Origin: Cycas panzhihuaensis
Taxonomy: Eukaryota > Plantae > Cycadophyta
Assembly: GCA_023213395.1 (NCBI GenBank)
Contig: CM041465.1
Span: 88,233,741-88,297,740 of the forward strand
DNA length: 64,000 nucleotides
Direction: 5' to 3'
This document shows positions 56,901 to 64,000 of the stretch, in pieces; position 1 is the first letter of the stretch, and every line of letters starts with the position of its first letter. The position numbers were made by a program, and so were the translations under genes. The notes below the pieces were generated by a model. That model had not been told where the DNA came from. It ran no database searches and saw nothing but the letters and a program-made list of their open reading frames with translations.

Positions 56901-59900
56901 CAACTAATTAATCTAAACCAACACACTATAAGCGATGAACTAGTAGATTCTAGTTCATCTGATGATGGTGATGATATTGATGTTGATGAGAATAGTTATA
57001 TTAACAATACTAATGAGGAACATCCTCTGAGTACAATATTTGACTATGATAATATATGTGAATCTATTGAAGGTGTTTAATACTTGGATGCATGTTCCGA
57101 TGATGAATTAGACTCAAATAGTGGATTATTTCGTTGGCAATAGCAAGAATATGAAATGTTTTCATGTTATCTTATTCACAAGGAACCTATCGACAATGCA
57201 ATTGTTTATCATATTTAAAATAATAATGGACAACCCGAATATCCAGAACACTTCTATGAGATTACTAAAGGAAATCAAATAATATCACAAGATCCAGCAT
57301 ATAGATTTCATAATGAAATCCGCTATAAAGAAGCACCACAACAACTTATAAATTTGGGAACAGAACAGAGCAAACAAGTGATTACGTTAGGAAAAACATG
57401 GGATCCAATGTTAGTAGCAACAATAACAGAAGTTTTCATAAAATACATGGATGTTTTCGCCTGGACATACAAGGATTTAAAAGGAATACCGAAACAATTA
57501 TGTGAGCACAAAAAATGAACTCGTACCAAGATCAAAACCCATAAAATACAGACCATACATAATAAATCCTAAATATGCAGAACAAGTGGATGCTGAAATC
57601 AAGAAAACGCTAGATGCACACATTATATTCAAAGTTGAGACCAGTGACTAAGTATCCCCAATAGTGGTAGTTCAAAAAAAAAAAGGGAAAGTACATATCT
57701 GCATAGATTTTCCGAAATTAAATGCGGTAACTTACAAGGACCCATTTCCTATACCATTTACCAATACAATATTAGAAAAAGTGGCAAGACATGAGGTACA
57801 TTCATTCTTAGATGGGTTTTCAGGATACAATCAAATCAGTATCACCAAAAAAGATAAATTGAAAACTACTTTTATTACTCGAACTGGAATATTTGCCTAT
57901 AATCGGATGCCATTTTGGTTGTGTAACACACCTGCCACCTTTCAACGGATAATCATCAACGTCTTTGACCACTTATCCTTGAAGTCAGTAAAAGTATTCC
58001 TAGATGATTGATCTATCTATGGTAATATTGAAAATCACTTGGCATTATTAACAGAATGCTTAAAGATTTTCCAGAAAATAAGATTGTCATTAAATCCTGA
58101 GAAATGTCAGTTTTTGGTTCCATATGGGAAATTATTGGGCCACATTGTATGTGTCCGCATACTGAAAACAGATCCAAACAAAATTAGAGTAATTATGAAC
58201 TTAGCACCACCATCAAATAGCACAGAGGTATGAATCTTTCTTGGACACATAGGGTATTATTATCGATTTATAAAAGGATTTTCTTATATTGCACACCCTT
58301 TAGAAGAATTGCTAAAGAAATGTGTGAATTTCACTTGGGAAGACAAATACCAAATAACTTTCGACCACCTTAAAAACAAATTCGTTACAACTCTGATATT
58401 ATCCCATCCAGACTGCACTAAAGAATTCCATATCCATATAGACACATCACAAATAGTAATTGGATGTACACACGCCCAAGAAGGAAGTCACAAATTAGAC
58501 TTACCTATTTATTTTGCAAGTAGACGTTTGAATAAAGCAGAAAAGAATTATTTGACAACTGAAAGAGAAGCATTAGGAATGATATATGTTGTACAAAAGT
58601 TTCGACACTATCTCTTAGCAAACCCATATATATTCTTTGTCGATCACCAAGCTCTTTTGTATATGATCAATAAGCCTATAATACAAGGCAGAATCAGTCG
58701 AAGGTAGGTGTTGTTGTAAGAATTCAACTTTAAAGTAATAGTCTAACCAGGATATACCCAAACGAGAGAAAAACCTTCTGGTGTAAATGATGATTTTCCA
58801 GATGCTAAACTTTTTCAAATAGTCGTAACACTCCCGAGCTATAATGATATAACAAGCTATCTCAATTTGGGTTCATTTCCCAACAATATGCCTACACAAC
58901 AATGCAAAAATCTGATAAAGAAAGCAGCATCCTACCAACTAATAGAAGGACTTCTATACAAACTAAGAAAATATTATGTATTAAGACGTTGTGTAATGCC
59001 AGAAGAAACACTAGCGATACTTGAGGAAGCTCATCAAGGGGTTGTCAGTGGCCATTTAGGCCCTAAAAGTACAGCCAGAAAGATATTATTATCTGGATTA
59101 TGGTAGCCAAAATTATTTAAAGATGCAAAGGAATTTGTTTCTACATGTGATGTTTGTCAACAAATGGGATGGCCTCTGTAGCACGATTTTATGCCCTTAC
59201 AACCATCATTGGCTCAAGGAGTTTTTTAACGATGCGAATTAGATTCTATTAGACCATTTAAATATGTTACAAGAATGAACCAAGCAAGATATATTATAGT
59301 AGCAACAAACTATCTCATAAAGTGGGTCGAGGCAAAGGCACTTCGGGATAATTTGGCACGAAGTACAACTATATTTTTATATGAAAATATTATAACAAGA
59401 TTTGGTTGTCTCTTGGAATTTGTAAGCGACAGAGGAGCACATTTTATAAATGAAACAATTCATTGTCTAACTCAAGAATTTATTATTACACATCACAAAT
59501 CAACACCTTACTACCCAAGGGCTAACGGGTAAGCAGGATTAAGTAATAAAATAATAGTTACAATGTTAACAAAATTGTGTAATGCAAGTAGAAATGATTA
59601 GGCGGAGCAACTCCATTCGGTATTATAGCCTTTTAGGATAGTGTATAAAACTTCAACTGGTCATACACCATTCCAATTGGTATATGGGGTAAAAGCTGTG
59701 TTACTTATTGAATTTATAGTACCAAGCTTAAAAATTGTAGTTCAACAAAAATGGCCCGATACAGACAGCATACAAGATCAGTTAGAAATCATTCTCGCCC
59801 TGGACAAACGACGACAATATACACAATGGGTAATGAACTCAATACAACAATGAAGAAAGGCATGGCATGATAAGAAATTACATCCCATAATATTCAAAGA

Positions 59901-60117
59901 AGGGGATTTGGTTCTTAAATACGATGGTAAACACTTCATAAAACTAGACAAACTTAAGGTTCACTGGCTCAGTCCATTTATAGTAAAAACCATCTTTCAG
60001 AATGGCTCGGTCGAAATAACGCATATCAATGAGAACAGGCAAATAATTATAGTTAACGGATCGAAACTTAAGCCGTATAAGATAAGGATTCAACTTAATG
60101 AAGAACAACAAAAATAA
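56901..60117 (+). pseudogene. gypsy pol (RT, RNase H, integrase), degenerate
   Basis: ORFs 57664-58011, 58309-58707, 59275-59532 and 59908-60117. Confidence 0.95.
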
Positions 60118-60669
60118 GGACAATAAGAGTTTGACAAAATGCCATGTGGAGCAACCAAGACATGATTGCACAAGACGGGATTGAGTTTTATGCCATGATC
60201 AATGGTAATCAATTGGACTCCAGATTACGAAGTCGCCATGGCACCGTCTTATAATTCTGCTAAGACCGGCATCCCATTGGTTATTCAAAGGTTAAAAAAA
60301 AGAAAAAACATTCACCCCATTCAAATTCAAGGACCAATAATTATCATTTAGGGGAAAAAAGAAAGAAAACAAAACCATTTCCTATTTGTGCCTCTCCATT
60401 CATTTAATTAAATATGGATTTTGAAAGAACCTCTCATGATGTTTTACCTTTGTTAAAAAAATGATAATAATAAATAAATTAATTAGTTAATTAAAGAAAT
60501 AAAAAATATATATTAAAAAAAAAAAGTGGGAGTCATTTTTATGATGTCAACGCGGATTACACTTCACAGATCCAAAGGCCACCTTAATGGCTACTTCAAA
60601 TCTCTATAAAATAATAATAATAATAATAAAGAAAAATAAAAATTATTAAAAATTTTAATTTTTTTCTTT

Positions 60670-61150
60670 CTCAGACGTTAGTAGGCCACAATTAATCGAC
60701 CAAGCTGCGTTGACGCCGTGATCGGTCAATCACCGCGACAATGTCGGGCGACAAGGCCAATTAGCGGCCTGGCCGTCGGCCAGACCGCTGCGAGCCGGTG
60801 GTAACTGCCGCACATGCCGTCCGACGCCGACGCAGCCACGCCGAATCGCCGATTAAGCGTAGCCCGGCCAACTACACCAGCGCAGTCCGACGGCACAGGC
60901 ACACGCATGGTGGCCAATTGGCCAATGCAGGACGTGGTGGCGGACGACGACGTTAGAAAATTCAGAGAAGTTGGTGGAGACCCCAGGAAGAGTTATCTTT
61001 TCTTTTTAACAGTCTGCCCACCCTAAAATATCGAAAGAAAATCAGGTTAATATTCTCAAACTAGGACGTTGGCATCCACGGAGGATGAACGGCCAGCCTC
61101 GCCGATGGCTTCTTGCAGTACGACATGCGAACGACCACTGGAGTTCGAAC
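60670..61150. promoter_or_regulatory. GC/CpG-rich island upstream of the 3' ORF
   Basis: Abrupt GC rise with many intact CG dinucleotides, preceded by an AT-rich block. Function is inferred only. Confidence 0.4.
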
Positions 61151-63427
61151 CACGTGAAAACAAGTTGATATTTACACATGGGTATTGCCTTCCTATGATA
61201 CTTACAGGATTTGGTGATGAATTAAAATAGGATCGTCAGTACCCTCACAAGTTGCCATTGATTCAAATATAAGCTGATGAATATACTCTAGAAGCAAATT
61301 TGTCGTGGGACTAGATACTCCATGAGTTCGACTTCAGACCTCTTTGATCATCAGATCCAATATGGGGATGGAGGAAACTATGGCTAGAATTGTGAAATAC
61401 CAAGCTCTCCATAGTGTGACCATGATTGATTCAGTACGTCACTGTTAATGAATCTTGATTGCAACAAAACCATGGGTGGCCCATGGTGTGTAAAACCATG
61501 GGTAGCCCGATGTTTGGCTACATTTTGATTTCTCCACCACTAAAGAGTTTCTTTATCAACAAGCAACAAGAACTCTTCTTTCTTCAGAAGGACTTGAAGG
61601 AATTATTAAGGACGATGATAGGTGCACTATATTCGATGGCTACATTATAAGTTTGGATACGAAGGAGGTGTTAACTATAGCAGTAATGTCTGGATTCGTG
61701 AGATTCGCCCAAACCACCCTACCATTTGTAGAATCGTCAGAGAAAATGACTGAGGACGAGATCGATATAGAGTTGCCATTTGAGATTGGGGGCCACCAAA
61801 TCATATGGCAATTACTGGATTCCCTAGTGCTTCGAAAATGGGTGGAACTTAAAAGCCGAAGATCGCAATGCTTTACTACGAGAGCAATTGAGAAGCGCCA
61901 AAGTGGTTCAAGCATATTTTCTAATTTTTTCTAAGAATTCCAAGAAACTACAGGACATGTTATAAGGATATAACCTGGTAGACTAAGTACTGACAATTAA
62001 CAACAAAGTTATAAGCATGGAGTCAGAGGACATAGCCAGATTGACAAGGTGTCCTAAGGAGGGACATGAAGTCAAGAAAGCAGGGAATCTAACGGCATTA
62101 ATGAAGGATCAGATCATTCAGACAATATATCGAAGAAAATTTCATACTCAGCATGGTGGATGAGGAATTCCGGTAACTCACTTAACGAACACAAACATGA
62201 TGGTGGTTGCAGTTCTCATGTATACGAGATTACTAGGGGAACAACGTTGCAATGCACTACCATGGTGGATGGCTTCTTATTTGCAAGGGCTCATGAAGGG
62301 AACAATATATAATTTGTCAGCTTTTATTTCAAAGAAGATGAAAACATCTTTACATCAGCTCATTACGGGAACACAATCCAGTTTTAATTTTACACTGTAT
62401 TTACTTGGGTTATGCTATGAGGAGTTTCACCTACCATAGTTAGCTCGGAATCTGACTATTTCATTACTTGCCGCATTCCATAAGGATTCCACACCAAAAA
62501 AGAACCAACCCAAGATTCTAAAGAATGTCAGAACAAAGCAAAAGAAGCGGAAAATTGTAATGGTGCAAGGAACAAATGAATCAGATACCTCAGTTGACTC
62601 AGATGATTTAGATGAAGATTATGTAGTGGATTACTCGGACTTCAGTTCAAGTGGAGGGGAGGACGATGAACTAGACGTGGACAATGAGTCTATACCGGCA
62701 AGAGAAGAGCAAGATATGTCTACTGCACCATATTTAAATATTCTGGCATCTCCTACTATTAATAGTGAAGTTGCGAGATACGAATTGATGGGAGCAGTAA
62801 GTGTAGAGGTCGTAATGCCAGAGCACGAGAATCCACCAAAACCAAGAAAGGGGGAAAGAATAATAAACCTTATCACTGCATATCAAACAGTATTACAAGT
62901 ACAAGAATCATTTTTGAAGATGATGGAAGATAATTTTGAACAATTACGAAAAGAGTTGCAATGAGCAAAAACAATTAGCTTGCGACATAAAAGAATTATT
63001 GCAGAAGAAAGGAGTATAGTCAGTTATTTAAAGTAAATGAGGAAATGTACAATCGAGAAATTCATCATATTCAACGGATCAGCACATTGAAAGATCATCT
63101 TCGCAGCATTGAAGAACAACTTCGAAGTTCAAAAGAACATTGTCATCAGAATGAAGAATGGCCCCAAGTTTGGAGCAACGAGTTAAGGAATTAATGAGCC
63201 AAATCGAGGAAGAAAAAGCATGCTGACAACGAGTACTTCAATGCGTTGAAATAGTAAGTAGGGAGAACCGTAAATGGCGTCAAAAGGCAAGTTCAGACCC
63301 ACTTTATTCTAGGGCATCTTCAAAGCCAGCCCTGGGGGAAGCTTCAAATCTACCTACGACTCCAGCTCCGGACACGACTCTTATTCCAGATCAAATAGTA
63401 AACCTTGAGCGAGATGCTCAAGACTAA
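61070..63427 (+). pseudogene. Additional 3' ORF of the Athila-like element (env-like position), degenerate
   Basis: Sense ORF fragments 61653-61934, 62197-62439 and 62560-62964 (acidic tract, then coiled-coil) run up to the PPT. Confidence 0.6.
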
Positions 63428-63822
63428 AAAGGAGGGGATAGATGTTGGGTATCAATTTTGTTAATAATGTCGTAGAAAGGGAGTTAGTTTTGAATTAGTT
63501 TAAGTTAGTTATCAAACGACATATGACTGTTCAAATATGTATATATATGTAATATGAACAAATATGGGGGAGGTGAGGTGGCACATCCTAGCCCAAACAG
63601 ATGGTTCCGAACTTGCTTTAGACGATCATATCCAACTTTTGTACATATGATTTTGATACAATAAAAGTAATATTGTGCATATTGTGTGTTACTTCGTGAC
63701 TTGTCCATGCTGTGATGATTTGTATGTATATGGTGTAAATAATGTGGATGGTGTATGTACTAATGGAGTTGTAACCTTCCTCTCTCCTTCTTCCCTAGTA
63801 TGAACTCAGAAATTAAGGAGAC

Positions 63823-63826
<4 letters not shown>

Positions 63827-63869
<43 letters not shown>
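63827..63869. repeat. (CA)n(TA)n microsatellite
   Basis: Directly visible, abutting the LTR terminal CA. Confidence 0.97.
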
Positions 63870-64000
63870 GACAGTTGCCAAGCAAAATTATTTATCCAAG
63901 AAACGAGAGGGAGGGAGCAAAATGGATAGCTACTAAATAGCATAATCTACCCTTAAACAAAAATTGAACTAAAAGAAACTATACAAAAGAAGAGTTACGA

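Noticed and set aside
60726-61026. Overlapping ORFs on both strands
   Set aside because: Expected by chance in a GC-rich island; no recognisable motifs.

Overview
AT-rich plant nuclear DNA with no intact host gene. The window is a nested pile of degenerate LTR retrotransposons: Ty1/copia (1-4134, 5313-15878, 52516-56900), a Tekay/Del-like chromovirus (~28840-45964), an Athila-like gypsy (49565-63826), an Ogre/Tat-like fragment (24528-28816), several non-autonomous LTR elements and long (TA)n microsatellites. Pervasive CAA>TAA and TGG>TAG/TGA stops suggest heavy methylation-driven deamination, as in a large-genome land plant, probably a gymnosperm (inference). The main finding is that at least four copia-derived elements carry mosaics of apparently spliced host-gene fragments in the same place: between the PBS side and the gag remnant, antisense to the element. 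37700-43039 carries EBF1/2 + MAD1 + RAD50 + SPPL pieces. Its sister copy at 19229-24457 carries an Mpv17/PMP22 piece instead. 29053-31840 carries PPR + UBA2-like pieces, and 52516-56900 carries aspartyl aminopeptidase pieces. A short conserved module next to the cargo slot recurs in five elements. This looks like a 'Pack-LTR' exon-shuffling system. Protein identifications come from recalled motifs, not database searches, and many boundaries are approximate.
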